DNA of 62,693 nucleotides, taken from assembly GCA_002919195.1 (NCBI GenBank), contig PKEU01000188.1, forward strand, positions 1 through 62,693, in the 5' to 3' direction. Below are positions 1-8,455 of this stretch, in pieces. The first letter of the stretch is position 1. Every line of letters begins with the position of its first letter. Origin of the DNA: a bacterium (GTDB lineage Bacteria; Bacillota; Limnochordia; DTU080; RSA5). Under the pieces are notes generated by a model. It saw only the letters and a program-made list of their open reading frames with translations, searched no databases and had not been told where the DNA came from. The position numbers and the translations under genes were made by a program.

Positions 1-724
1 CCTCGTATGCCTCATCGCCGTCGACGACCAAAGCCCCCCTGGCGCCCGTCTTGACGATCACCGTCTTGGGGCCGAGGGCACAGAGCCGCCTCGCCGCCTG
101 GAGCGGGTCGGCTTCGCCGGTCAAAAACTCGGCTTCATCGGCCCCAGGAAGGAGCACGTCGGCCTCCCGGGCAAAAGCGAGGAGCGTCCGCTTGGCTTCG
201 TCCGGGGACCAAAGCTTCAGCCGCAGATTGGGATCAAAGACAAAGGTCACGCCCGCCTCTTTCGCGATCTTGACCGCGTGCCAAAGCGTTTCCCGGGCGC
301 TTTCGCTGAGGGCCGGCGTGATGCCGGTGCCGAGAAGCACCCTGGCCGAGCGGATGTAATCGGGGTCCAGGTCTTCGGGACTCAGGCGGCTCGCCGCCGA
401 CCCCTTCCGGTAGTAGTACACCGCGCCGCCGCCAAAGGCCCGGCGCTCCTTGAAGTACACGGCCGTCGGCGCTTGGGGGTCAACCTTGACCTGGGAGACG
501 TCGACGCCCTCGGCCCGGATCGCGCTGATCACGTACCGGCCAAATTCGTCGTCGCCCACCCGGCTCACCCAGCCCGCCGCATGACCCAAGCGGGCAAGGC
601 CGATGCAGACGTTGGACTCCGCCCCGCCGATCCGTTTTTCAAACAGGTGAATGTAACGCAGAGGCCCGTCTCCGACCGGCGAAAACAGCACCATCGTCTC
701 TCCAATGGCTACGACCTCTGGCAT
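1..724 (-). CDS. kdgK: 2-dehydro-3-deoxygluconokinase (PfkB/ribokinase family); the 3' end runs off the window
   Basis: Own minus-strand translation from the ATG at 724-722: MPEVVAIGETMVLFSP...IGGAESNVCIGLARLGH...VTFVFDPNLRLKLW...GPKTVIVKTGARGALV, a PfkB sugar-kinase pattern. It is absent from the ORF track because the stop lies outside the window. GGGGAGAAGGAG sits just upstream. Confidence 0.8.
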   Translation of the reverse strand, partial: MPEVVAIGETMVLFSPVGDGPLRYIHLFEKRIGGAESNVCIGLARLGHAAGWVSRVGDDEFGRYVISAIRAEGVDVSQVKVDPQAPTAVYFKERRAFGGGAVYYYRKGSAASRLSPEDLDPDYIRSARVLLGTGITPALSESARETLWHAVKIAKEAGVTFVFDPNLRLKLWSPDEAKRTLLAFAREADVLLPGADEAEFLTGEADPLQAARRLCALGPKTVIVKTGARGALVVDGDEAYE

Positions 725-878
725 CTCCTTCTCCCCTGTGCGCGTTGCAGCCGTTCTCCATCGCGGGAATCGCTAAGGGAGGTCTTTCCCCACGGAGAAC
801 AGCCCACCTGCCGGAGCCCGCCGCCGAGCGGCGGGGGCCGCTCTTTCAGCCGCCATGAAAGTCGCGCTTTTCCCGGAG

Positions 879-1190
879 TCACTCCTTGGCATCGCGACTC
901 CCGGGCGCTTTTCTTTGGGGCTCGTGAGCGTCTCCACGAGCCGTGGCTTGCGTTTTCCCGGAGTCCTGGGCGATGAGCCCGCCAAGCCGCGTGACGTCCA
1001 CGTCGGCGCTCAGCGCGGCCTTGCGGTTTTCCTCCAGGATCTCCCGGTAGACTTCCTCACGATGGACGGGGATCGAACGGGGGGCGTCGATGCCGAGTTT
1101 CACCTGGTCGCCCCGGACCTCGACGACCGTCACCCGGATGTGATCGCCGATGATGATGCTCTCGTCGCGCTTGCGGGTCAGTACGAGCAT
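879..1190 (-). CDS. csrA: Carbon storage regulator CsrA with a long C-terminal extension
   Basis: [59 protein letters not shown] is near-canonical CsrA. I placed the start at the internal Met (aa 10 of ORF 879..1217). About 40 extra C-terminal residues follow the conserved core. Confidence 0.85.
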   Translation of the reverse strand: MLVLTRKRDESIIIGDHIRVTVVEVRGDQVKLGIDAPRSIPVHREEVYREILEENRKAALSADVDVTRLGGLIAQDSGKTQATARGDAHEPQRKAPGSRDAKE

Positions 1191-1344
1191 GCCGGTGTCC
1201 CTCCCTGGACGGGGCACGTGCGCCGCCGCGCCCCACGGCCTCGAAAAGCCACGGCCGGCAGGCGCGCCGCTCTCTCAACGGTGCGCTGTCGTGGGTTAGT
1301 CTTTAGATTGCGGCACGGCATTTCCTTTCACGCTCTCTTGCCGC

Positions 1345-2349
1345 TCACCCTTTATCTTGCCCCAAGAGCTCGGCAAGCCGCACCATCCGTCCCTCCCGGG
1401 CGCTGATCTCGAGGGCAAACACCATCGCCAGCGTCCTTAGGTTGTCTTCCCCGCCGGTGGGAGCCTCGCCCCCCGTCCGCACGGCAGTGAGAAAGTCTTT
1501 GCAGAGCCGCACCTCCGGGCGGGGCCCGCCGTGCGAAGGCGCGAAAAGCGTTTCACTCGTCTCGCCGTTGTGAAAGACGACCTGCTCTTGTTGGTCAAGG
1601 AGCAGCTGGCCGCCGCTTCCCTCCAGGCGCCACAAGGCGTTGTAGTTCGTCACGGCCCCCTTGGCGACGTAGCTTCCGCTGTAATGGATGCGGGCGCCGC
1701 CCGGAAAGATAAAGGTGGCTTCGGCGCAGGTGGGACCGTCAGCGCCGTTCCAATCGGGATCCCAGATCTCGCCCACCACCGCCTCGGGCGTCTCGTCCAA
1801 GAGAAAGCGCATGACGTCGAAGTGGTGCACCGCCTGGTTGAGCAGGAGAGGAAGGGGCATCCCCCGGGTAGGCCGCCAGCGGTAAAACTGCACCAGCCCC
1901 CCGGTGAGGCGGCCCAAGCGGCCGGAAGCGATCGCCGAGCGCATGGCCGGAAAGCCCGAGCGGTAGCGGTACTGCTGGGCGACGGCCAACTTAAGGCCTT
2001 TTTCCTTTGCCAGCTGGACGATGGCCTTGGCCTCGGACCAATCTTCCGCCAGGGGTTTTTCGATCAAGAGGTGAACGCCGGCCTCAAGGACCTCCCGGGC
2101 CAGTGCCGCGTGGGTGTGATTGGGCGTGCAGACGACGACCGCTTCGGGCCGGAGCGCTTCGATCGCGTCGAGCACCGAAGGGAAGCGGCGCTCTGGCGGA
2201 AAGCCCAGCGCCTCGCCCACTTCGGCCAGCAGGGCCGGGTCGATGTCGACCACGCCCACCACCTCCGCCCCGGCCTCCCGGGCCCAGCCCACCCACTGAC
2301 GGCCCCGCCGGCCCAGGCTGACACAGACGAGACGCACAGGTCGATTCAC
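1345..2349 (-). CDS. Gfo/Idh/MocA family NAD(P)-dependent oxidoreductase
   Basis: N-terminal Rossmann segment (VRLVCVSLGRRGRQWV...VVGVVD), then EKPLA and a C-terminal alpha/beta domain typical of the family. Confidence 0.8.
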   Translation of the reverse strand: MNRPVRLVCVSLGRRGRQWVGWAREAGAEVVGVVDIDPALLAEVGEALGFPPERRFPSVLDAIEALRPEAVVVCTPNHTHAALAREVLEAGVHLLIEKPLAEDWSEAKAIVQLAKEKGLKLAVAQQYRYRSGFPAMRSAIASGRLGRLTGGLVQFYRWRPTRGMPLPLLLNQAVHHFDVMRFLLDETPEAVVGEIWDPDWNGADGPTCAEATFIFPGGARIHYSGSYVAKGAVTNYNALWRLEGSGGQLLLDQQEQVVFHNGETSETLFAPSHGGPRPEVRLCKDFLTAVRTGGEAPTGGEDNLRTLAMVFALEISAREGRMVRLAELLGQDKG

Positions 2350-2354
2350 CGGCG

Positions 2355-3674
2355 CTAGGCCCCCACTTGCGCCGTCTCGTCTTGCAGCAGCTCTTCGATC
2401 ATCACCGGCCTGCCGAGAGCCATCGAGCGGTTGGCCGCAACGCCCGTCAAAATCGACATGGCGCCCGCCCGGCTGCCGGCGAGATGGTTGAGCGGATCGG
2501 GCACTCCGCCCCTAAAGAGCATGTCGCGCAGGCGCACGTCGCCGCCGCCGTGCCCCGAGCCTCCATGCGGCACCTTGATGGTCTTCACCCCGCCAAAGAG
2601 GGGGTAGATCCGGATCTCTTCCTCGCTTTTCACCTCAATGTCGCCTTGAGCGGCCCGCCACGGATCGACCCTCCGGCCCACCTTGGCCCGTTCGGAAAGC
2701 CGGGGACGCTCCTCGATGAAGTACCGCTCCGCGATCCCCGCCTCCAGGCGCCCCTTGGTGCCGTTAAACGCCACCCGCCAGCCCTCGAAGGGCATAAAGG
2801 AGTGGAGGCTGTAGTTGAGCTGCGCGCCCCCGCTGTAGTTGACGATCGCCCCCATGGTGTCCTCGATGTCGATCTCGGGGCTAAAGACGCAGCCGTCGCG
2901 CCAGTAGCCGTCCACCGACTCCGCTTCGAGGTAGAGCGACCTCCCTTCCTCGCTGGCGCTCAAGTCCACGTAAAACTCGCACGTCTCCTTGTACTGGCAG
3001 GTGAGGCAGCGCTCGCCCCGCTCCTCGCGCGTCGGCCCGTAAAAGTTGCGGCTTCCCGACGCGTACACCCGCACGGGCTCTTGGTCCAACCACCAGTTGA
3101 TCAGGTCGAAGTGGTGCGTCGCCTTGTGAACGAAGAGGCCGCCCGAGTTTTCCTTACGGCGGTGCCAGCGCCGGTAGTAGTCGGCCCCGTGGATCGTGTC
3201 GAGATACCACGCGAAGTCGACGGAGAGCACCCGGCCGATGACGCCCTCTTTAAGCAGCTCTTTCACACGGGTCATGTAGGGCGCGAAACGGTAGTTAAAC
3301 GTCACCCGCACCCTGCCGCTGCTCTTGGCCTCGGCGGCCAAGATGGCCCGGCACTTTTCGTCGTCGACGGTCATCGGCTTTTCGGTGATGGCGTCCTTCC
3401 CCGCCTCCAGCGCCTTGATGATAAAGTGATGATGCGTCGAATCCTTGGTCGCGACGATCACCGCGTCGCACTCCACCGACCTCAGCATCTCGTCGAAGTC
3501 GGTGAAGGTGGGAACGTCGATTCCCGCTCGCTGCTTGGCCACCTCCAGCCGCCGCCAGTTGATGTCGCAAAGGCCCGTCACTTCCGCAACGTCCGCGTAG
3601 TCTCGTACCAGGGGAATGAGAAACATCCCGATGCCCCGGCTCCCTAGCCCGACGATGCAGTACTTCTTTTTCAC
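2355..3674 (-). CDS. Gfo/Idh/MocA family oxidoreductase (long form)
   Basis: VKKKYCIVGLGSRGIG...TEKPM...HKATHHFDLINWW. A GTG start at 3674 follows an AGGAGG SD. The upstream 39 aa of ORF 2355..3791 look non-coding. Confidence 0.75.
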   Translation of the reverse strand: MKKKYCIVGLGSRGIGMFLIPLVRDYADVAEVTGLCDINWRRLEVAKQRAGIDVPTFTDFDEMLRSVECDAVIVATKDSTHHHFIIKALEAGKDAITEKPMTVDDEKCRAILAAEAKSSGRVRVTFNYRFAPYMTRVKELLKEGVIGRVLSVDFAWYLDTIHGADYYRRWHRRKENSGGLFVHKATHHFDLINWWLDQEPVRVYASGSRNFYGPTREERGERCLTCQYKETCEFYVDLSASEEGRSLYLEAESVDGYWRDGCVFSPEIDIEDTMGAIVNYSGGAQLNYSLHSFMPFEGWRVAFNGTKGRLEAGIAERYFIEERPRLSERAKVGRRVDPWRAAQGDIEVKSEEEIRIYPLFGGVKTIKVPHGGSGHGGGDVRLRDMLFRGGVPDPLNHLAGSRAGAMSILTGVAANRSMALGRPVMIEELLQDETAQVGA

Positions 3675-3794
3675 GCGCCAAGACCTCCTAAGGTAGACTC
3701 GTATCGAGCTCGCAGGTTGGCTCGCGGGTCGCCGCGCCGCTCCCTTGCTACGGTCCATTTCGATGAGCGGACGGACCGGGTCCTGCGGCAAAGG

Positions 3795-5765
3795 CTAAGA
3801 TGTTCCCCTCATGCGGACGCTCGCGATCTCAAGAGGCGCGGTGCGCGCTCCAGGATCGACGGTGATTTTCAACCCCTGGGCCACGGGCTTTGTCCCATCC
3901 CGGCTCTCCACGCCATCCCCGCTTTCGGCGCCGCCGCTCAAGAGCCTCACGCTCCCAACTTCCGGCCGGTCCACCTCTGCGACAAGCCGCAGCTGGTACC
4001 ACCCTTCAGGAGACGGTCCTTCCAAGACAACGGTGTAGGCGACGCGTTCCCAGACCGCTCTGTCCTGTCCAGGGAGAGACCACTCCACCTCCAGCGTCAC
4101 TCCGTCGGCCGAAGGCAGCCGGCTGAGGACGACGACCTCCACCTCCCGCAAACCTTTGGCCTCCCAGGCCACGTGCTCCCGGCTCGTCCCCGGCCAGCGC
4201 ATGCGATACACGTGGCCGAAAGGCGGGTTACGATGTTCGACAACAAACTCCCATCCCTCGCTGCGTTCCCGGGCTCCGAGATAATCGATCACCCCAAACC
4301 AGCCGTGATCCTCAGGCGCCCGCATCGCGATGCTCCGCTCCCACCCGTTGCGGACGACAAATTCCGTGCGGCGGGAGACCCTCTTTCCCCCGGCGTAAGT
4401 GACCTGCACCTCCAGCGTGTGCCGGCCGTCGGCGAGCGCCGTTGTGTCGAACAAGCGGCTAAACGTCAAGGAGGCCACTCGCTGCCCCGCATCAGCTGCA
4501 GAGCCGTGCTGTCCCACTCCTTCGAGGTCTCCGGGGCTGATTTCCCGGGCGGCAAAGTGCACGGGCTCTTCGTGGGTGATCTCACCGTCCACCAAGAGAG
4601 TCACTCGTTCGAGGGTTTCCGGGGCGTGGGACTCGACGAGAAATTCCAGACGAAGGTCGCCTTTCACGGGTTCGGAAGTGCCCTCATCGGGCTCCACAAA
4701 GCTGACGAGCGGCGTCTCAAAGCCGGGAAGGCTCATGAAAAGCTCCCGCAGGATCCCCCGGGCGCGAACCCAGTGAAGCAGATCCCGCGGCCAATCGCCG
4801 TACCAGGCGTACCCTTCGCGCCGCTCCGATTCGATCTCGGAGATGTCGTAGCGGACGATGCCGTCCCGGCCCGAAAAGATGGGCCGGTTGGTCCCGATCT
4901 CGTAAAAGCGGGCCCAGCGGCCGTCGGGAAGCTGCGCCTCCTCGAGCCAGAGCAAAGCGCTCAAGATGGCCCGGCGGACCCGCTCGTCAGGGTCGGGCAG
5001 CGACATCAAGAAACGCACGATTCCCACCGTCTCCGCGCCTGAAAGGGAGACATGCTCGTACGGCCTTCCCGGGCGGGGCTCAAAGGTCCACGGATCGTGC
5101 TGCGCGCACCAGGCGGTGAGGCGGCCGTCGACCTCGATTTGGGCCGCGAGGATAAACTCGACGCCCCGGCGCAAGGCGTCGGCGACCCGGGACCTTTGCT
5201 CCTCGTCGACGAAAGCGTAGAGCGGGCCGCCTTCGTGCACTTCCTTTAAGAGCTCCATCACCCGGATCATGGCGTCGTCGTTGAAGGTGACGTAGTCGGC
5301 GTAATCCCCCCGGTGGGGGTAAACTTGCGGCCATCCTCCCGTGGGGTACTGCATGGCGAGGAGAAAGTCGAGGCCTCTTAAGAAGCCCTCCTTAAACCGG
5401 TCGTCGCCCGTGGCATGATAGACCGCGGCCAGGTAACGCATCTCAGACGTGGTCGCCCCGTTGTCGATGGAGCCCAGCTCGACTCCGCCCGCGCGCTGCG
5501 AGCTCTTGGGCGTGCCCGGCGTCCACCGCTTGTCGGCGATGGGCAGGTTTTTCCCCCATCCGCCGTGGGGGAGCTGCCATGAAAGGATCCGCTCGGCGAT
5601 CTCCACCGCCTGCGGCGAACCCATGTCCGAAAAGACAGGGTATAGAGCCGCCGCGCTCCGCCCCGGCGCGACGGCGAGCGCTCCCAGCGCCAGGACCAAA
5701 GGCCCGATCCACCTGATGACCTTCACGAGCCACGACGGCTCAAGGCGAGCTCTCTTGAGGCGCAT
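3795..5765 (-). CDS. Secreted pectate lyase, PL10 (PelA/Pel-15E type), with a ~300-aa C-terminal extension
   Basis: LSWQLPHGGWGKN...GSIDNGATTSEMRYLA...LLAMQYPTGGWPQVYP...YVTFNDDAM matches the Pec_lyase/PL10 pattern as I remember it. Signal peptide MRLKRARLEPSWLVKVIRWIGPLVLALGALAVA. Start taken at the second Met, after AAAGGGG. Confidence 0.75.
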   Translation of the reverse strand: MRLKRARLEPSWLVKVIRWIGPLVLALGALAVAPGRSAAALYPVFSDMGSPQAVEIAERILSWQLPHGGWGKNLPIADKRWTPGTPKSSQRAGGVELGSIDNGATTSEMRYLAAVYHATGDDRFKEGFLRGLDFLLAMQYPTGGWPQVYPHRGDYADYVTFNDDAMIRVMELLKEVHEGGPLYAFVDEEQRSRVADALRRGVEFILAAQIEVDGRLTAWCAQHDPWTFEPRPGRPYEHVSLSGAETVGIVRFLMSLPDPDERVRRAILSALLWLEEAQLPDGRWARFYEIGTNRPIFSGRDGIVRYDISEIESERREGYAWYGDWPRDLLHWVRARGILRELFMSLPGFETPLVSFVEPDEGTSEPVKGDLRLEFLVESHAPETLERVTLLVDGEITHEEPVHFAAREISPGDLEGVGQHGSAADAGQRVASLTFSRLFDTTALADGRHTLEVQVTYAGGKRVSRRTEFVVRNGWERSIAMRAPEDHGWFGVIDYLGARERSEGWEFVVEHRNPPFGHVYRMRWPGTSREHVAWEAKGLREVEVVVLSRLPSADGVTLEVEWSLPGQDRAVWERVAYTVVLEGPSPEGWYQLRLVAEVDRPEVGSVRLLSGGAESGDGVESRDGTKPVAQGLKITVDPGARTAPLEIASVRMRGTS

Positions 5766-6049
5766 GCTACCCCTTTTGAATGACACCTCGATCCAGCACA
5801 GCCTCCTCTTCCCCGCCGAAGACCTTGCCCAAAAGCTTCCCGAAAGGACTCGCCCGGCTTCCCCCGGGGCCCGCGACGCCGATCCCTCCTACGGGCGCCG
5901 GCCGCCATACGAGTGCGTCCAAGAGGTACGGCTCACTTCGAACCCGCGCGGCAGTGGGAGGAGTCGCCCCCTCCCACCCAACAAGCGCACGCCGTTTCAC
6001 GGTGCGCTCGACCTGTTTTCCCCACAGCCGGCCGGCCATCGTCAGCCTT

Positions 6050-7348
6050 TCATTGCTGCGCCAGCACGTTGAGCTGCTCCACCACTTCCTGGATCGCTTG
6101 AGCGTAAGGCTTTTCGTTGCGCTCCATCGTCATCTCGAGGATGCCGTCCAGGATGCGGCCGATCTCCGCCACATCGCCCACCATCAAACTCGAAACCGGC
6201 AGGGCAGCATCCTCCATGTTGACCATATACGCCTGCAGGTTGATGTGGGGCGCCAGCTCAAGATAAAGGGGCGTTGCCGACCGCCGCACCGGCGCGAGGC
6301 CTTCGTTGAGGGCCGCGATCTCTTGCCCGCGCCTCGAGGTCAAAAACTTGACAAACTCCCAAGCTTCCTCGGGATGCGGCGTATCCTTCCAGATGGCAAA
6401 GCCGTCATCGCCGGTGTAAGCCTTCCTCCCTGCGCGGCCCACGGGCGCCGGGGCGATGTTCCACTCAAACGAGCCCTGGATGTTGCGCTCAAAGCGGGAG
6501 AGGACGGCGTGGTTCCCCTCCTCAACCAGCGAGACGCCGCCCGTGTAAAAGCGAGAGGGATCAAACTCGGGCAGCGTCGACTGATCCTGCCAGATCATCT
6601 CTTGCAAAAACGTCATCGCCTCGACGGCCGGCGCCTCGTGCCCGATAAACCGCGTGGGGTTCTGGGGGTCAAAGAGGTCCCCACCAAACGCCCGCATCCA
6701 GGTGTTGAGCCGCCGGTGGGCGTCGGTGTCGGTAGTAAACCCGTAACGGCGGACCTCGTTTCCGTTAAAGACGGTGAGCCTGCGAGCCAACTCCCGCACC
6801 GCCTCGTAGGTCCACTCGCCCCGGGCGTCCAAAGCCAGCGGGGTCTCCAGCCCCGCCGCAGCCAAATGCTCGGCATTGAAGTAGTACACCAGGGTGATGA
6901 TGTACCGGGGAATCCGGAACTGGATGCCCGCGTTGGCGCCATGCTGCAGGAACGACGCGTTCCACGCCACCGGATAGAAGTCCGCAATGTCTTCCTGGGT
7001 GAAATCACGCTCCACATACCGGCGAAGATCCATCAAAACGCCGGCCCGCGCGTAATCTTGCGCCCAGTCGCCCCAGATTTCGATCACGTCAGGCCCGGTG
7101 CCCGACGCCCACGAAATCAGCGTCCGCTCGCGGTAGTCGCTGGGCGGCTGGAGCCATTCTACCTTGATGTGGGGATGCTCCCGTTCAAACTCCTCGATCC
7201 AAGCCTGCACCGCCTCGGCCCGGCCCTCGCCCGAGCGGTACTGAAACGTGATCGTCACGGGCTCTTGAGCGGAGGCCGCAAGAGAGCACAAGAGCGTCAA
7301 AACGACGGTCAGGAGCATGAGAGCGCGCACTTGGGTCCACCCCTTCAC
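6050..7348 (-). CDS. ABC transporter extracellular/periplasmic sugar-binding protein (family 1 SBP)
   Basis: Typical SBP_bac_1-like sequence. A GTG start at 7348 follows GAGGAGG. The signal peptide (M)KGWTQVRALMLLTVVLTLLCSLAASA-QE has an AxA site and no canonical lipobox. Confidence 0.75.
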   Translation of the reverse strand: MKGWTQVRALMLLTVVLTLLCSLAASAQEPVTITFQYRSGEGRAEAVQAWIEEFEREHPHIKVEWLQPPSDYRERTLISWASGTGPDVIEIWGDWAQDYARAGVLMDLRRYVERDFTQEDIADFYPVAWNASFLQHGANAGIQFRIPRYIITLVYYFNAEHLAAAGLETPLALDARGEWTYEAVRELARRLTVFNGNEVRRYGFTTDTDAHRRLNTWMRAFGGDLFDPQNPTRFIGHEAPAVEAMTFLQEMIWQDQSTLPEFDPSRFYTGGVSLVEEGNHAVLSRFERNIQGSFEWNIAPAPVGRAGRKAYTGDDGFAIWKDTPHPEEAWEFVKFLTSRRGQEIAALNEGLAPVRRSATPLYLELAPHINLQAYMVNMEDAALPVSSLMVGDVAEIGRILDGILEMTMERNEKPYAQAIQEVVEQLNVLAQQ

Positions 7349-7518
7349 AATACCCAGACCTCCTCGTCCACTTTGGATCTTTGGCGCTCCATGCCCTAAA
7401 CGTTGGTCGATTGAGACTCTCTTCCCTATGACCAAAACTCAGAACAATTCGAGACTTTGGCGGCGGCCACCCATCAGGCGGCTTCACCCCAGACCAAAAG
7501 AGGGTCCGCAGATCGCCG

Positions 7519-8385
7519 TTAGTGCCGCTGCGACCCAAGGCGCGCGCGGTAGCTTTCCACCGACATGCCCGTCACCCGTTTAAAGGCCCGCTGAAAACCC
7601 CTGCGGCTCGCAAAACCGCTGCTGGCCGCAAGCTCATCCACGCTGCGCTCCTGCTTCACCAGCTCCCGGCACATCCGCTCGATTTTGATCGCCCGCCACA
7701 CCCGCGCGGGAGAACAGCCGAAATGAGTTTGAAAAAGGTAATAGAGATGCCCCTCGGAGACAAAGAAGCGGCGAGCCAGCTGGTCGACGGTCTCATCGCT
7801 CTCGGGCTGCTCGATCATATAGCGGATGACGTCTCGCACTACCGGGTGCAGTTCGGGCTCTCGGGAATGGGCGCCGGCGGCGCTCACCTCTTCGAAGAGG
7901 GTTTCGATCAGCCGCTTCACTTGGGTCTTGGTCCGCCCCGCTCGCTGGGAGCGGCGCAAACGGCAAATGAGATCAAAGATGCGAGGGATCTGGGCTTCGG
8001 GCAGCGCCATACGGCACGGAAGGGACGGGATCGCCGCCAAGAGCCGCGTGAGCTGGGGCGAGATCGCATGAGGCACGCAGTGGATGGTCGTGCGGATGTA
8101 GCTGCCGGCAACGGGGCGGCTCCCGTGAAAGACGCTGGCGTCAAAGACGATCAGGTCACCGGGGACGAGGACGTGCATCCAGTCGCCCACCCACCACACC
8201 GCCGCGCCGTGGTGGACAAAGACCAGCTCCACGCCGGCGTGACGATGAGGTACCGACGTGCCTGGGCTCGCGACGGTGTCGACCGTGTAGCCTGTCGTCT
8301 CGACTCGCTTGTGGAGAGCCCGGCCTGTCGGATCCAGCTGTTCCCGTTCGATGTGGGGCTTTGCCATGGCAATCAAACGAGTCAC
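7519..8385 (-). CDS. AraC family transcriptional regulator (N-terminal cupin, C-terminal HTH)
   Basis: C-terminus LARRFFVSEGHLYYLFQTHFGCSPARVWRAIKIERMCRELV...GFASRRGFQRAFKRVTGMSVESYR is a classic AraC double HTH. The N-terminal half is cupin-like (HRHAGVELVFV). Confidence 0.85.
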   Translation of the reverse strand: MTRLIAMAKPHIEREQLDPTGRALHKRVETTGYTVDTVASPGTSVPHRHAGVELVFVHHGAAVWWVGDWMHVLVPGDLIVFDASVFHGSRPVAGSYIRTTIHCVPHAISPQLTRLLAAIPSLPCRMALPEAQIPRIFDLICRLRRSQRAGRTKTQVKRLIETLFEEVSAAGAHSREPELHPVVRDVIRYMIEQPESDETVDQLARRFFVSEGHLYYLFQTHFGCSPARVWRAIKIERMCRELVKQERSVDELAASSGFASRRGFQRAFKRVTGMSVESYRARLGSQRH

Positions 8386-8431
8386 CTCTCAACGCGCCCG
8401 CGGCGAAAAGGTGTCAAAGCGAAAAGGCGAC

Positions 8432-8453
8432 AAAAAAACGGCGACACGCCGCC
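8432..8453 (-). terminator. Intrinsic terminator after the comFA-like operon
   Basis: The minus strand reads CGGCG-TGT-CGCCG followed by TTTTTTT, immediately after the TAA stop at 8456-8458. The stem is short (5 bp). Confidence 0.5.
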
Positions 8454-8455
8454 CC

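Noticed and set aside
5780-7399. 539-aa plus-strand ORF
   Set aside because: It lies entirely antisense to the well-supported sugar-binding protein gene. Its composition is Arg/Pro/Gly/Leu-rich, as expected of stop-free antisense frames in GC-rich DNA, and it has no recognisable motifs or SD.
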